A stretch of DNA of 60,498 bases, filler included, from Catajapyx aquilonaris (GCA_000934665.2; 3 parts of 3 records of this genome joined end to end with filler, not necessarily neighbours in it), one strand, 5' to 3'; positions 1 to 12,910 are shown, counted from the first letter of the whole stretch. A program made the numbers and translations. Notes: generated from the sequence alone by a model not told the origin.

Positions 1-152
1 ATCAACATGTCCGTAACCTGGCAGCGCCCAGGATTACCAACACATAAGCACAAAAGGACATAAACAGTCGCGACATTACTTTTGCGGTCAATAGTACAAT
101 ATTATGCTTTTCTAAGAAATAGTGAAGTGTTTATCTTTTACATACACACTCT

Positions 153-1613
153 GGGGGAGTCCAGGAGAGTTCACCCAAGCGATGTCACCCTGCATTTTTT
201 TGCAGGAATGAAAATTGGTATCCTGATTTGAATCCGTAAAAGTAGCCTAAAAGTCGAATTATCAGTTCACGGAGGTCAATATGTCACCCTTAAAGGTAAG
301 GTCAATAATGGGCACTGCTCGAAACTTGCTATTGAGATTCTGCGATTATCTTTGTTACTCTTTGTGTTATGGTTGTGGTGAATACATCAAAAGATTCATA
401 GCAGTTTGGGGAACTTGATCCATGCCATCAAAGTACAGAATTATCTCAAAAATAACAAAAGATGTCAAGGTCAAATCTTGTGACCTTTGACATTTCTCAT
501 GTTATGGATTCACATTTTTTTTTAAATATATACACTAGTGCACCAACTCATCATATAGCTTGAGTGACAATTAAAATTGTTAAGAAAATTTTGTTTTCCA
601 GAAAAAGAATTCCAAACTTTGCCTGCGCATGATGGCGTCATGAAAAGCAGCACTTTACATATCGAGTTAAACAAATCTGACATATATTTTTACAACATAT
701 AATATCATCTAAAGCCCAACATACTGCAGTGTCTGCCATGTCTGCATCAAAAACATCCAACTAACTGCATGCGAAAAGAGCGAAGAAATAATGCAATAAT
801 TGCATCCACCATTGACTTTTCACATAAAAAAGTGCCAAATACGTTGTGTTGGAATCAACACCTGCCAACTGCAACAAACAATATTTAATTTTTGATTAAC
901 GAATGCAAATATTTTAAATATATTGAAATATCAATAGCCTCTGTGCCCCCTCTGTAACCCCCTCCGTAACAGTTATAGTCATGAAATGACAGGTTTTTCT
1001 CACATATCTCAGTTTTACTCTACATGTAGTTGGATGGATTTTGATTCTCAGTCCCTCATATGTTGTAAAAATATATGTCAGATTGTACCATTTGGATAAC
1101 TCGATATGAAAAGTGCCGCTTTTCGTGATGTCATCATGCCCAGGGAAAGTTTGGGAATTTTTTTCTGGAAAACAAAATTTTCTTAACGATTCTAAATTTC
1201 ACTAAACCTATATGATGAGTTGGTCCATTAGTTTATATTTTTCAAAAAAAAAGTGTACCCGTAACAGGAGAAATGTCAAAGGTCACAAGATTTGACCTTG
1301 ACATTTTTTGTTCTTTTGAGATAATTCTGTACTATGATGGCATGGATCAAGTTCCCCAAACTGTTATGAGTCTTTTGATGCATTGGCCACAATCATAACA
1401 CAAATAGTTGCAAAGATAATCACAGAATCTCAATAGCAAGTTTCGAGCCGTGCCCATTATCGAGATTACCTTTAAGCATGACCTATTGACCTCCAGGAGC
1501 AGAATTTTAGGCTACTGTTATGGATTCAAATCAGGATACATATCTTCATTTATGACAAAAAATTTAGGATGACATTTTTAATTTAATGTGGGCGAATAGT
1601 CCTGGACTCCCCC
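153..1613. mobile_element. Non-autonomous DNA transposon with very long TIRs (Sola2-like)
   Basis: Starts GGGGGAGTCCAGGA (153) and ends TCCTGGACTCCCCC (1613). Imperfect inverted repeat of ~620 bp (153-~780 vs ~1010-1613). 4-bp TSD CTCT at 149-152 and 1614-1617. GRG..CYC termini, long TIRs and 4-bp TSD fit Sola2; the family is an inference. Confidence 0.8.
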
Positions 1614-1721
1614 CTCTGCTGTACTGTATTTACAATTTAACTAAGGCAAAACAAAACAAATGCGTAGTACACTACAGCATTTGATGAGAAAACAGATTTA
1701 TTGCTGGAGAGGGACGGTGGG

Positions 1722-1784
1722 ATAAATCCGATCGGATAACTGAGGAGTCTGAAAATCCGAGGTCGGATAATCGGGGTTCTACTG
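1722..1784. mobile_element. Solo right end of a pogo/Tigger-like MITE
   Basis: CGGATAATCGGGGTTCTACTG followed by TA, with subterminal GGATAA repeats; resembles the TIR of the element at 44484-44788. No matching left end found. Confidence 0.35.
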
Positions 1785-2715
1785 TACTGCATATGAGCCA
1801 AAATTTAGCCATTCATCGTTGCACTAAAGTTACAAGCTCAAATGCATCTTCAAAATAGTCTCTAGTGCATTCAGGCTTCCATTTTTACAGTAACCTATAG
1901 TTCACAACACATTATAAGCCCAAATCCTTTCAGTGACAAATGAAATTTTGTACAGCGGCAGAAGAAGGAATTGAAGATAAGGATACTGCATGCCGGGCGA
2001 GCAAGATTCCTTCTTCTGCTGCTTCGGAAAATGTCGCTAGCAGTATGACTCGATTAATGTCCAACACTGTACTCCACGAATTTTGCATCAGTAAAAACCA
2101 GATAAGGACATCTCACAAGGCTCATATGATATCAACATTTTTGTACACCCAGTTAACCTTATTCATGCCTGGTGAGTCATGACTCATGAATCATGTTCAG
2201 GAAAGTACTGCACTGTTCATGACTGTGAATGTGAGAGATCTAGCCCCACAGTCAAAAGAAGATAACTGCACAGGCAGCAGCAGCTCAGAAAAATTTGCTT
2301 CTCTGTTCACCAAATGTGGAAGACTTGATCCCATGCCTACGGTGTCTAAAAGGTGGTGTTACGCCTGTGTTTGGCACTCCAAATGCAGCATGTTCCATAA
2401 TTGATGATTGCAGCAACAAGTTGTGCGCAGATGTTACTTCTCGTTATGGCAATTATTAGGTCTAAGCAAAAGTTCGTGTGGTTGCTTGGAAGAATATAAA
2501 ATCTGCAAAATTTGTTTGCAAAACATATTTATCAAAACATCGACCATAAGTTTCAATGAGCAATCTATGCCCATCATAACAGGCATAACTCACATATTTC
2601 TCTTTTTGTGCAAGTGGGGGTATTTTGCAGTGTCTGATGGGATTCACGTGAGTCAAATGTAGAGGTACCTTGTTATCGTAGAGGGGGGCTTCTCTGTCTT
2701 GTTGGGTGGCAATCA

Positions 2716-2867
2716 AGGTGCGTTTACATGTGAGCGATTTGATGAGTGAAATCTTTGCTGAGGCTGAAATTAACAATCGATTTTCGCCTCAAACAATATT
2801 GGTTACTTGTGTAACTTAGCCTCTGGGAAGATTTCACTCGTCAAATCCCTCACATGTAAACGCAACT
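2716..2867. mobile_element. PIF/Harbinger-type MITE
   Basis: AGGTGCGTTTACATGTGAG... / ...CTCACATGTAAACGCAACT, ~50-bp TIR; 3-bp TSD TCA at 2713-2715 and 2868-2870. Confidence 0.75.
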
Positions 2868-3029
2868 TCATCGTAAACCAATCAAGCGCAGTGGTCTGGT
2901 GCAGGCACAGTGTAGGGACCATTCCTTTTGAAAATCCATCACATTGAATGAGAACTAATTTTTCCTGGGGTCTTCAGGTACGCAATGTGAATTGTGACAT
3001 GTGGCAAAAATCCTTCCCAATCACAATGT

Positions 3030-3306
3030 GCATCCAAACTGGCCCCCAGGCCACCCCGAAGCCCCAGGCTGCGGCCACCCACACTCCACATCATTGCATT
3101 CCATTGGCCTGACAACCCACTGAAAAATCCGATCTGGCATAATGCACACCCAAAGTGGCGAACTGTACCTTGAAGCAATCCCTATCAGACACAACCCCAC
3201 CCAAACCCCAGGCATATGCCGCCACCAGGTACTGCCACTCTCCCAAGACGTCATCCAGGGACAGATAGAGATTGTGAATTCTAAATATGATATGATGATG
3301 ATAATG
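3030..3306 (+). mobile_element. Possible degraded 3' end of an RTE-type LINE
   Basis: Frameshifted fragments resembling the RTE C-terminal ..GL....LA...KWR motif, followed by an (ATG)n-like tail at ~3287-3306. Weak. Confidence 0.25.
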
Positions 3307-3398
3307 CTTTTCCAACATTGGGGCAGCAGATGAATACCCCGGTGGGAAAAGTTTCTGGGCTTTAACCCAAAGAAGTCAACCACTCACCCATTTCTTAA

Positions 3399-3811
3399 AG
3401 GGACACTCCACAAAAAAAAACAAGTTTGGCTCTAAAAATCGGGCAAAAAATCTTGAATCCGACTGTGCAATTCGTTTTTCGCTACGCAGAACGGTAATCC
3501 CAGGGAGAGGTGTCAAAATGTGTCATCTGCTAATGAGCGCCGCCGCCAAGGGGAACAGGGGAATTAGAGGGCTGCACCGCTCTGGGATGGGCCTAAGCGC
3601 GCGGGCAGGCGGGAGCGGCCCTCCAGTTCCCAAGGTCCCGAGGGCGTCGCTGGCGGACGGCCAGCTTCTAGCGCACTATTTGAATTTCCCCACTTTGACC
3701 CCTCGCCCTGGGATTACCATTCCGTGTATCGAAAAACGGATTGCACCTTCAGATTCAGGATTTTTTGCCCAATTTTTAGAGCCAAACTCGTTTTTTGAGT
3801 GGTGTGTCCCT
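3399..3811. mobile_element. Kolobok-like MITE, copy 1
   Basis: TTAA|AGGGACAC ... GTGTCCCT|TTAA (TSD 3395-3398 and 3812-3815), ~110-bp imperfect TIRs. A TTAA TSD with purine-purine termini fits Kolobok rather than piggyBac. Confidence 0.8.
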
Positions 3812-4376
3812 TTAACATTGTACAGTGTGGTCAAACATGTGAATGCTTGGACAATGGCTCCCACTCCACGCATGTTTGTCACGACTTATTGGTCATGACT
3901 TAACTCTGATTTTTAAGACAAAAAGTAGTGAATTTCACTTTGAATGACACACCAAATGAACGACTATATTCCCCAGTTATAGATTCACTGTTTCAAGTGC
4001 ACATATTTCACTTTTGTTGGGGTAGCATACTGCTACCGTGACAAATGTGACCTCCTTTCAGAAAAATGTGGACTCATGTGGACTCGAAACAAAGTGAGTC
4101 TAACTGGGGAGTCTAGCCTTTCGTTTAATGCGTGATTCAAAGTGAAATTTTGTGTAATCTGCAACTTTTCATCTTTAAAATTAGAGGAATGTTATGACAT
4201 GCACGTAATGGATGCCTAAACAAAAGAATGACTGCATTTCAAGGTCACATTCAAATTTCTACATGAGAGTACATAGTACTTAGCCAGAGGTATTTTATGC
4301 ACAGCTTACAATCCGGATGAGCCTGAATTTGGAAGTACGGTGACCTTTCTTCCATGACCATTCGAAGACGACTTAA

Positions 4377-4803
4377 AGGGACACTCCACTCAAAATACAA
4401 GTTGGGTTCTAAAAATCGGGCAAAAAATCCTGATTCCGAGGGTATAAGCAGTTTTTCTTAGAGACGAACGGTAAGGCCAGTGTGAAAGCTGGAAGTGTGT
4501 CGTTTGAAAACCGCGCGCGGGGCAGGTGGGCGCAGGTGGCGACGCCACCAGAGTGGAACCGGGCGGAACTAGACCATGCTCGCCTGGCGTGGCATGGTGT
4601 TTACTGAGCACACTATACTTCTCCAGTTTGCCGCGGGATGGTGTTGTATCGCCCTTCTTAGCAGACGACGCGAGACGACGTGTGTAGATATATGATTTTC
4701 CGTGTTACCATTGGGAGTAGAAAAAAAAACGATTGCACATTCGGAATCAGGAATTTTTGCCCGATTTTTGGGGGCCAACTTGTTTTTTGAGTGGAGTGTC
4801 CCT
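4377..4803. mobile_element. Kolobok-like MITE, copy 2 (same termini, different interior)
   Basis: TTAA|AGGGACACTCCACTCAAAA ... TTTTGAGTGGAGTGTCCCT|TTAA (TSD 4373-4376 and 4804-4807). Confidence 0.8.
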
Positions 4804-4896
4804 TTAATAGACACAAAAAGGTGGCAGGCGAACACTCAACTGTAGTACCTCTCTGGTAGTACCTATCTCAATTGAACCTACCAAAGCGATTTTTTA

Positions 4897-5170
4897 TTAT
4901 TGTTCAGACATTACTTTCTTACATTGCATTAGGGCAGATTTGACACGACTCTGCCAATTTGGTTTTTCCATTTTTGTCCAAGCAATCCTGTGTGTGGACA
5001 CACTGTGCATCGATAACACTGACAAAGTGCTCGCCAGACGTGCCATGTTGCATAGAACTGAACAGATGGTAATCTGAAGGGGCAATGTCTGGCGAATGCA
5101 ATGGGTGCTGTAGCACCTCCCAACACAGCTCCGGTAACGTTTTTTTTGTCACTCTCGCACAGGTTTTCAC
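4897..5170 (-). pseudogene. Mariner transposase C-terminal remnant
   Basis: Minus-strand translation WEVLQHPLHSPDIAPSDYHLFSSMQH matches the mariner YSPDLAPSDYHLF motif; frameshifted, N-terminus absent. Confidence 0.8.
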
Positions 5171-5319
5171 ATGTCTTGTCAGGGTCCATCTCGAAATGAG
5201 GGCAAAACAGCGACTGATAGAGCAAAATTTAAAAAATAATCCTGATGGAAGCCTTGCACATGTTCATTGAGTCACGCTGCCTCCAACAAAACACATGCTG
5301 GTGAGGTAATTTCTGAAGT

Positions 5320-6110
5320 TATTGACCGTGCAAAGTCAACTGCACGAACTTTTGCATAGACTTAATATGTAGGCTCACACACCAGTTAGCACCTAGTTTT
5401 CCATAATGCTGTTGCAAAATGTAACACCAAAGATCATTGTCACTCTCTGCAATGCACTTTCTTATGATGCATGGGCCACCTGACCTTTGTGTTCGGGTTA
5501 CAATAGTGCCACTCAAAAAGACCACCCCCGAGTCTCACCACATCTCATTGACCTTCATAGCAATACTGATCAATCACAGCACATATCTCCTCCAAGGAAA
5601 TACTGTCTGCTGCTTTAATGAGGCTACGTGATGTAACATTTGGGTATCTCTGTGTCTTGCAATCATCTCCTATTCAGGCCACTGTTAGACATACTGTCTC
5701 CTGCTTTGATGAGGGTAAGTGAGGCAACATTTGAATATCTCTGCATCTTGCCATCATCTCCTATTCAGATTACAGTTTCAGACTTGGGGCTCCTCCAAGG
5801 CCAAACTAAAGTTATCAGGAACTTTGAAGCTTTCTTTTCCTATCACTCCAGGAAATTGTTTGCCATGTGTGCAGGTGTGGCGTTTTGTTGCATGATTCAG
5901 TAAAATGTTCATTGGTTTGAACCAGAGATGGTACCAACGCCAAGATTGCACCAACACGTCATCCTCATACACTTGAATGGCTGCTTTGATACCTTTCCTG
6001 ACTCTATGTGAACTTTTGATTAGTCTTTGACAAGCCCCCAACTTCAGCCCATTGAACAAAAAGTTCGAGTGTGAACTGGAGCTGATGGCCTGCCGCAGAT
6101 GCAATCCTAA
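5320..6110 (-). mobile_element. Possible decayed non-LTR reverse transcriptase fragment
   Basis: Broken minus-strand frames give FLFN.., VYEDDVLV (YADD-like) and IGDDGKMQR in RT-like order; many stops and frameshifts. Confidence 0.35.
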
Positions 6111-6542
6111 TTTTACATCACTTTAAAACCCTTCAAAGTGGCAGCCAATATTTCCTGGAAGGAGCACACTTTCATGAGTGGTCATGGAGATTGAAAGCCA
6201 GGATGGTCCTTTGGATTATTATTATATTAACGTCCAAACCTCATGGTCAGGTGACCCACCTGATGTAACATAATACAGTGTATCTCACAGCCTAGTTTTT
6301 TGTATTACAACTTGCAAAAAAGTTATGGCGAAACTAGGAAGATTAAAACAACTGGAATTAATATTGTAACTGCTGCAAAATTCCTCATGCAATATGAAAT
6401 GTAACAGTTATGTGTTATTGACATGATTTAAAATGAACACAGAGAAAATGTTTGGAAAATGTGCAATTTGGCATGCCAAAGACGAATGAAGTATATACAA
6501 ATGACTATTCTGTGTCATTGCTGAATTCCTTCTAAGTACTGT

Positions 6543-6820
6543 TCAGTGGGGCTTAACGTCGGCCTATTTCTGCAGCTAAGGCTCAACGGCGACGCCAGGG
6601 GGCGGTCCTCCTGGAAATTTGGCCACTCTGGGGATCTTTAACGTGCACTCGCGCAATGTCACAAGCACACGGGACCGACGGCTTTACTTCCCCTCCGAAG
6701 GAAGGCGCACTCTAACTTTTCTACCACCCGGAGAAAAGTCACCGACCTCGGCCGGGTTCGAACCCACAACTTTGGGACCAGAGGCGAGCGCACTAACCAC
6801 CAGACCACCAAGGCCGGCTG
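6543..6820 (-). mobile_element. tRNA-derived SINE
   Basis: Minus-strand head with A box TGGTCTGGTGG and B box GGTTCGAACC; 15-bp TSD CCTTCTAAGTACTGT at 6528-6542 and 6821-6835. Confidence 0.85.
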
Positions 6821-7379
6821 CCTTCTAAGTACTGTAATACAGCAATCAGCATGAAAATATCTTTCCAGATGTGAATGGGTTTTTTCCCACCATACATTCC
6901 AGTACTAGGGTCACATTTCTACAATTCCCCCTTTTCCCCCAAAATTTACTTTTATGAAATGTGACATTGATTTGATCCTATGACTCACAATCAGATAAAA
7001 GAACAATAATCAGTCAATTGAAAAAAGGGCCAATAAACTGCATCCAGGGATGTTCATGAACATATTATTAAATATGAATTTTTATGTTTTGGTAAGGTCA
7101 CATCTACACATTCACCAATGGTTGTCTTCAGGGCAACAATAGCCCCAGTATAAATTCCAACAAAAAACCCCATCCAACCATTTTGGGCCCAACTACCATC
7201 AGGATATATGACAAATAAATTAAAATGTGGAAACTGTCCCTGCCCTCCATGAACTACTTCCACCACCTCATGATGGCCATTAATTACACCTAACTCTACC
7301 AGAATTCCACTTGCACCATATCACTCATTTAGCATGCCCCTACTCCTTCTGGAGCCAATAATCCAATCCTGTGCCACTA

Positions 7380-7680
7380 CTAGAGCACATTAAGGGAGGA
7401 AGATACTTAGCACTCTACAGATGCTGCTTTTGCTCCAGTGTCAACCAAACTTTTTATGATGTTTAAAAGAGACCTAGACAAATCAGCACAATTCCTGAAC
7501 TCCCATGTTATCATGAGCCTGACCTTGCATGGTTCATTGGCCTGATTTCATTTAACTGACCCTTGCACAGGCAGAAAAAAAATAAAAAATAAAGTTCAGA
7601 TACATACTACTGCTGATGATTGTACATATGACCTCCTGAATTGCACCATTATTATATGCAGACACCAACCCCAAAAATTT
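7380..7680 (-). mobile_element. Possible LTR-retrotransposon gag/protease remnant
   Basis: Minus strand reads KSLVDTGAKAASV at ~7415-7455 (retropepsin D-T-G motif), with a broken zinc-knuckle-like C..CNSGGH upstream; stops throughout. Confidence 0.35.
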
Positions 7681-7750
7681 AGCATGCAAACTGTAAACAT
7701 CTGCTAGTCCAGGCTATTATACAGCATAACTTAATGACAGCTATTAATTA

Positions 7751-8016
7751 CATATCGTCGGCTGACGATCAAAATCTCGTAACTCCATTTTGCGCGAAAA
7801 TGGACTTACGTACCTCGTAAGTCCCTTTGCACAACTTTGCAACGGTGTACATGAATTCAACATCATCCTCATGAAAGGTAAGGTTTACGTTATGCTATAC
7901 TGTAGGAATAATTGTCAGCATGAACAGAAAACATGATTTTACAAAATGTTTCTTGTCCCTCCTGTAAAATTTGGTCTTGAGGAGTTACGAGGTTTTGATC
8001 GCCAGCCGATGATATA
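7751..8016. mobile_element. Tc1/mariner-type MITE
   Basis: ~36-bp TIR CATATCGTCGGCTGACGATCAAAATCTCGTAACTCC / GGAGTTACGAGGTTTTGATCGCCAGCCGATGATATA, flanked by TA. Confidence 0.7.
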
Positions 8017-9221
8017 TAATAAGTTGTAAAGAACTTTTGTTTGTCAGTAATTTGAACATACTAAATGACAGACCTGTTGCATTATGGTGAAATTTGAAGT
8101 GACACAGAAGAGTAAAAGGTCAGGTAAAATGAATGTACTTCTATATATTGTACTCTTAGCACATATCAGGTGACATTTCTCTGTTCCTGGGTCCCTGACT
8201 TGATCATCAGCCACCACGAAGACATTATAAAAGTAGTGTGGCATCACTGCCATAACACTATCATGCCACACAAGTACACGAGTGAGATGTTGGACATATA
8301 ACCACATATGGCATCAGGCTTGCTGCAAAGACCTAGGCACAGAAACATCCAGACCAACACCATCTCACCACATGATCATCCTGCTCCTTGTGACTCTCCT
8401 TCAGAAGTGTGGAACTTTTGCCTCTGCTGTGGCAGCCAACATGATCACACAGCGATGGATGAGGTACATTTCATTGCTGCCAGGGCATATGTAGCTGCCT
8501 ACATCTGCATGCAGGGATCCAGATGATATCCCCAGCGTGTGTGTGACACAACCCCTATGGCTGTGCACCACATCCTGAACATTGGAATAGTTGGTAATAT
8601 TCACGTAAAATACACCTGATTCAGAGCTTGAATGAGAGCAATCACGTGTGTTTCATGGCCTTCGGTCAGTGGCTGCTGCAGCATGGTGTCAAGTTCTTTT
8701 ATATGATCCTCATTTAAAGCTTTGCCCTGAAGCACGATGATTGACCATTACTGGCCATACTAGGACCATCTCATCAATCAGTTGAGAACAATGAAAATGT
8801 TTGGAATGCACAGCTTCTTGCCTCTCAGAGCCTAACCAAAGAGTCAGTTTGTGGGTGTGATCAATAATATATAAAGGTACACATTAAATTTTGCACTGGA
8901 CTATTTGAAAGCAGTTTTTGCATTCCCATTTGTTTTACTGGCGCTCTTCTCTTTTGAGCACTCTGCTTGTTTCCATAAGAATGGTTTGTCAACTTTTGTG
9001 CTCATGTCTACCCATGTACACTCTTTTCAGACCCTAAGTGGATTGAGAAAACTGTTCATACTATAAGGAGTCATACCTGAAGCCACACTTTGTCACAAGA
9101 ACCAGTGGCATTAAGGTTTTCATAGGTACTGTAGTGTACCAACAAACATGGCATGCACAGTTATTTATAAGTCACAGTTCACTAGAATTTGCAGTTTATT
9201 TTAATGATTGCAGGCAGAATA

Positions 9222-9231
9222 TTTTTTTTTG

Positions 9232-9276
<45 letters not shown>

Positions 9277-9543
9277 CCGTGCTCGAGCCATTCGGCTCGT
9301 TTTGGGGGGAGGGGAAGGTTCCCAAGGGGGGGCATCCTCGGTTTATAGTCACTCACGACTCTCTCAGATACACCAGACCTTTTCTCTGGCCCCGGGCAGC
9401 AAAGGGAGTGCAATGCTGCCCCGGCGTGTCGGGTGAAAAGCGGAAAAAGACCCGGCCAAGCAGAGGTGACGGGGACGGGATTTGAACCCCGGCCTCCCAC
9501 TTGGCTAGCCAGTGGCGTAACCACTAGACTACCACGCCTCCCC
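9222..9543 (-). mobile_element. tRNA-derived SINE with (AAT)n tail
   Basis: Minus-strand A box TAGTCTAGTGG and B box GGTTCAAATCC; microsatellite tail at ~9233-9273; 13-bp TSD TGCAGGCAGAATA at 9209-9221 and 9544-9556. Confidence 0.85.
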
Positions 9544-9750
9544 TGCAGGCAGAATAATTCTGTCATACATTGGAAATTAATTTTTTGTCAAGCATAACCT
9601 TGGTCAAGAACTAAGGAGTTTGTTTATTTACTTTCAACCTAGAGTACAATGTAGTGCAGGTTCCTTGACCCCCACCCCTCCACTTGACTGACCTTAAGCC
9701 AGAGTGTGAAATGTGCTGTTTTCAACACATTTTAGAGCCAGCTAGTAGAG

Positions 9751-9921
9751 CAATGATTCTTAACCTGGGGTACGAGGTGGCTCCCCTGGGGGTGCGAGCA
9801 AGGTGCACCTCTGGACTTAGTCTAACTTTGAACTTAATCAATCACCCTTGGCAAGGGGGGTGCGACAAGGACCAACTGTCTTCAAAGGGGTGTGGAGACC
9901 CGAAAAGGTTAAGAACCCATG
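9751..9921. mobile_element. hAT (Buster/Charlie-type) MITE
   Basis: TIR CAATGATTCTTAACCT / AGGTTAAGAACCCATG; perfect 8-bp TSD TAGTAGAG at 9743-9750 and 9922-9929. Confidence 0.85.
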
Positions 9922-10275
9922 TAGTAGAGGAACACCGAACAAAAAGATAAAAAATGACTCAAGCTGCAATTTATGGGATCAGAAGTGTACTGGTTGTCTA
10001 CCTGAATTTTTTCACAATTTTACTACAAGGGCAACTTTTAAAATCAAAATAAGTATAATTGTCATTTAAATTTAACTGTAATTATTATTGTGCACCAACA
10101 TCAGCCTTAGGGCTAGTAATTGTTCTCGTACTCTCATTACGAAAAGTGGCATATGCAGGGTTGCCATGAGAAGGACAGGAGAAGAGGGAATAGTTTACAA
10201 TGTAGTTTCACAGGCACCATCAAGAAAGTTTTGTGCTCACTGAGAGATCAAAAGAGGCAATAAATAATTATAATA

Positions 10276-10680
10276 CAGGGTGGACCAACTTCAAGTGTCG
10301 CTTTATAACGGCTATTAATAGAAGCGCTTTACGATTGACGTAGCAGCGACGTGTAAAATGGCCCACTTCGGCGCCATCGAAAATATTAGCTGCCAATAGC
10401 AGCATACATGTAATGAACCCTGTGCAACCACATGCGGCACCAATGCCAATCTGGTGCCTTGGGCGCCACCCATTTCACTCAGATGCATCACAGGTCATGT
10501 GTGCACCTCCTTTTTTCCAGGTCAACCCAGCAGCAGGGTTGATAACATGTGTGCTGCTACTGGCAGCTAATATTTTCGATGGCGCCGAAGTGGGACATTT
10601 TACACGTCGCTGCTACGTCATCGCAAAATCACTGCTATTAATCGCCGTTATAAAACGACACTTGGAGTTGGACCACCCTG
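10276..10680. mobile_element. Tc1/mariner-type MITE
   Basis: TA|CAGGGTGGACCAACT ... AGTTGGACCACCCTG|TA with ~135-bp TIRs. Confidence 0.85.
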
Positions 10681-11142
10681 TATATGAAGGCAAAAAAATT
10701 TAGCCAAAAATTAAGAAAGTCAAGGCACAGAAAAGAATCAAAAGATCAAGAAATTTCTAGATATTGTTGTGTAGTGTCAGACAGAAAGCCTCTAGATCCA
10801 GAATGCTGGTTACTTGACCATAGCACATGTTCAGAACAAGTCCATGATTAAAGGCCCTTGTGGCCCTTGTACATTGAAATACAATTTCGATAAGCCCCAA
10901 GGCAGCCTTGTAAAATTTGAAACTGTTTGATCTACATTACTAGGCCCAGCCTATCCTGATCTTCAATTCATTCTACTTTGAGTCGAAGGTCCCAAGATAA
11001 TAAAATGCACTTCCCTTGTTAAACCAAAAATGAACTTGCTAATTATTATTGCTCTGCTTACACGAAATTCTTAATATATGCTATGGAATGTCTTCTCAAA
11101 ATTGCCACTCATGAAAATCACAGTCTTTGGTTCTTGCAAATA

Positions 11143-12132
11143 CAGGGTGATCGAAAAAGAATGCGCGGATTTTAAAACCCTATAACTTGAAAACTTGTAG
11201 ACATATCTAAATGATTTAAGTTTTGAAATGCTAAGGAAGGTCTAATGTTTTGGTTTTACGATAGTTCGTTTCCATATGAGCTCCATTTGTCATTCAAAAT
11301 ACGTAAATACGGTAATCTCTTGGCTACCCCACTCAGACATGTCTCGCGCTACCATTGCAATCTAATCCTGTAGGTGCTGGAGACCTTTTCACCATGCAAG
11401 TGTCTCCACAAAAAAGTCAATCGGGGTAAGATAATAATAATAATTCACACCCCGTTATCAGCCTATTTTTTGTTTTGCCTTGAACTCTTTGCTTTCATTT
11501 TACTGCGCTTTTTGGGATAGGATAGAGACGGAAGGAAGGAAGCAGCTGTGGCCTATTAATTACAGAAGCAACTCCGGAATTTTCCTGGAAGGACCGTGGG
11601 AAACCACAGAAAACCACGGTCTGAGTTGCCGGCCCCGGGATTTGATCCCAGGACCTCCCGATTAGCAGTCGGACATCATATCCACTCTCCACTACTCCAA
11701 ACTGCTTCGGTCCAATCGGGGTAAGATCTGGGGATCTGTAGGGGATAGGCATTGGGAAATGTCTCATTCAAGACTCTGAGAGGCTGAACAATATTAAACT
11801 TTTCCACAGCAGGTTTGTTTCATGGATGAGGTGACTTTTTTATTTAAATCATCAAGAACAAAGTGTGTTGTGTAAAGATCCGAGATATCCAGCACCTATG
11901 GGATAGCATTGCAACGGTAACTCCAGATATGATTGAGCGGGTTGGGCACCAGACTGAATACCATCTTATTTTATCTGCTGAGCGACAAATAGCACTCATG
12001 TCGAAACAAACTATGGTGAGACCAAAACTTTAGACCTTTCTTAACATTTCAAAACTTAAGTCATTACAATATGTCTACAAGTTTTCGGGTTATGGGGGTT
12101 TTTCAATCAGCATATTCTTTTCGATCACCCTG
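11143..12132. mobile_element. Tc1/mariner-superfamily non-autonomous element built from two transposase 3' ends
   Basis: TA|CAGGGTGATCGAAAAAGAAT ... ATTCTTTTCGATCACCCTG|TA. Arms are inverted over ~250 bp and both carry transposase C-terminal remnants (DYRIYVF*MTNGAHMET on -, TNSTHVET on +). RSPDLTP-IDFF motif on -. Confidence 0.8.
11433..11712 (-). mobile_element. tRNA-derived SINE nested in the Tc1/mariner element
   Basis: 15-bp TSD CAATCGGGGTAAGAT at 11418-11432 and 11713-11727; minus-strand A box TGGAGTAGTGG, B-box-like GGATCAAATCC, short (ATT)n tail. Confidence 0.85.
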
Positions 12133-12910
12133 TATAGTGTGTGGTTTCAGATAAGACTGCTGACTGTAAGAATGGAACACAAGTACAATGTCTTTCCTGT
12201 GACTAAATTTGATTCAACTGCATGTATAGTCATGAACAATAAGATGAGGATGCACCAAGGTCAAGACCTCCAACAAGTTCAACAGGTTTACTGTGCACTC
12301 ATTGGAACCTAGCCATGGTCAAGCTTCACCTTTTTGCTTGCCACAACCTGCCACTTGTTACTAATTTTTTCTGGCAAGACTTTCCTGTAATGGTTATGGA
12401 AATATTAAATCAACAGCAGTTAAAATGTATGTAACCATTTCTTGTCTCATCCTATAACATGTCATAGCTTATTCATAGGTCGGAATTTTCAATCCTGGCC
12501 AAGTTTTCATAGTTTCAATGTGGGTTCTTTAAGTGACATCAATCCAGGAATGACTGGGGAACTCCTACAATTTGCCCCCAAAGTCTTTTAAAAGGAAATG
12601 ATGCTAGATGGATTTCATGGCTACTAGTACAGGGTGATCATTTTAAGATGCAGTCCACATACTTGGCTGTAGAATACAAATGGATGAACATTTGGAAGTG
12701 AAAACCACACTGGCACTGTTTCATGCTTAATCCCATCATATGCTGCAGGTGACCACCATGCTCTGCCAGACCCATTGAAATGAGGTGCTACATGTTGTCA
12801 GGGATACATCTTATATGTCTCCGTCAACTGCATGATTTCATTAGTAATGTTTTATTTTAATGCAGAAATTGTTCAAGTTTTGTTATGGAAAAGTACTTCC
12901 TGAGGATATT

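Noticed and set aside
3893..4198. Degraded inverted repeat between the two Kolobok-like MITEs
   Set aside because: Arms too diverged to define termini or a TSD.
8044..8900. Coding-like patch with several short ORFs
   Set aside because: No recognisable motif or splice pattern; probably decayed transposon, but unsupported.
9134..9566. Poly-Leu, poly-Tyr and poly-Ile ORFs
   Set aside because: They are translations of the (ATT)n SINE tail.
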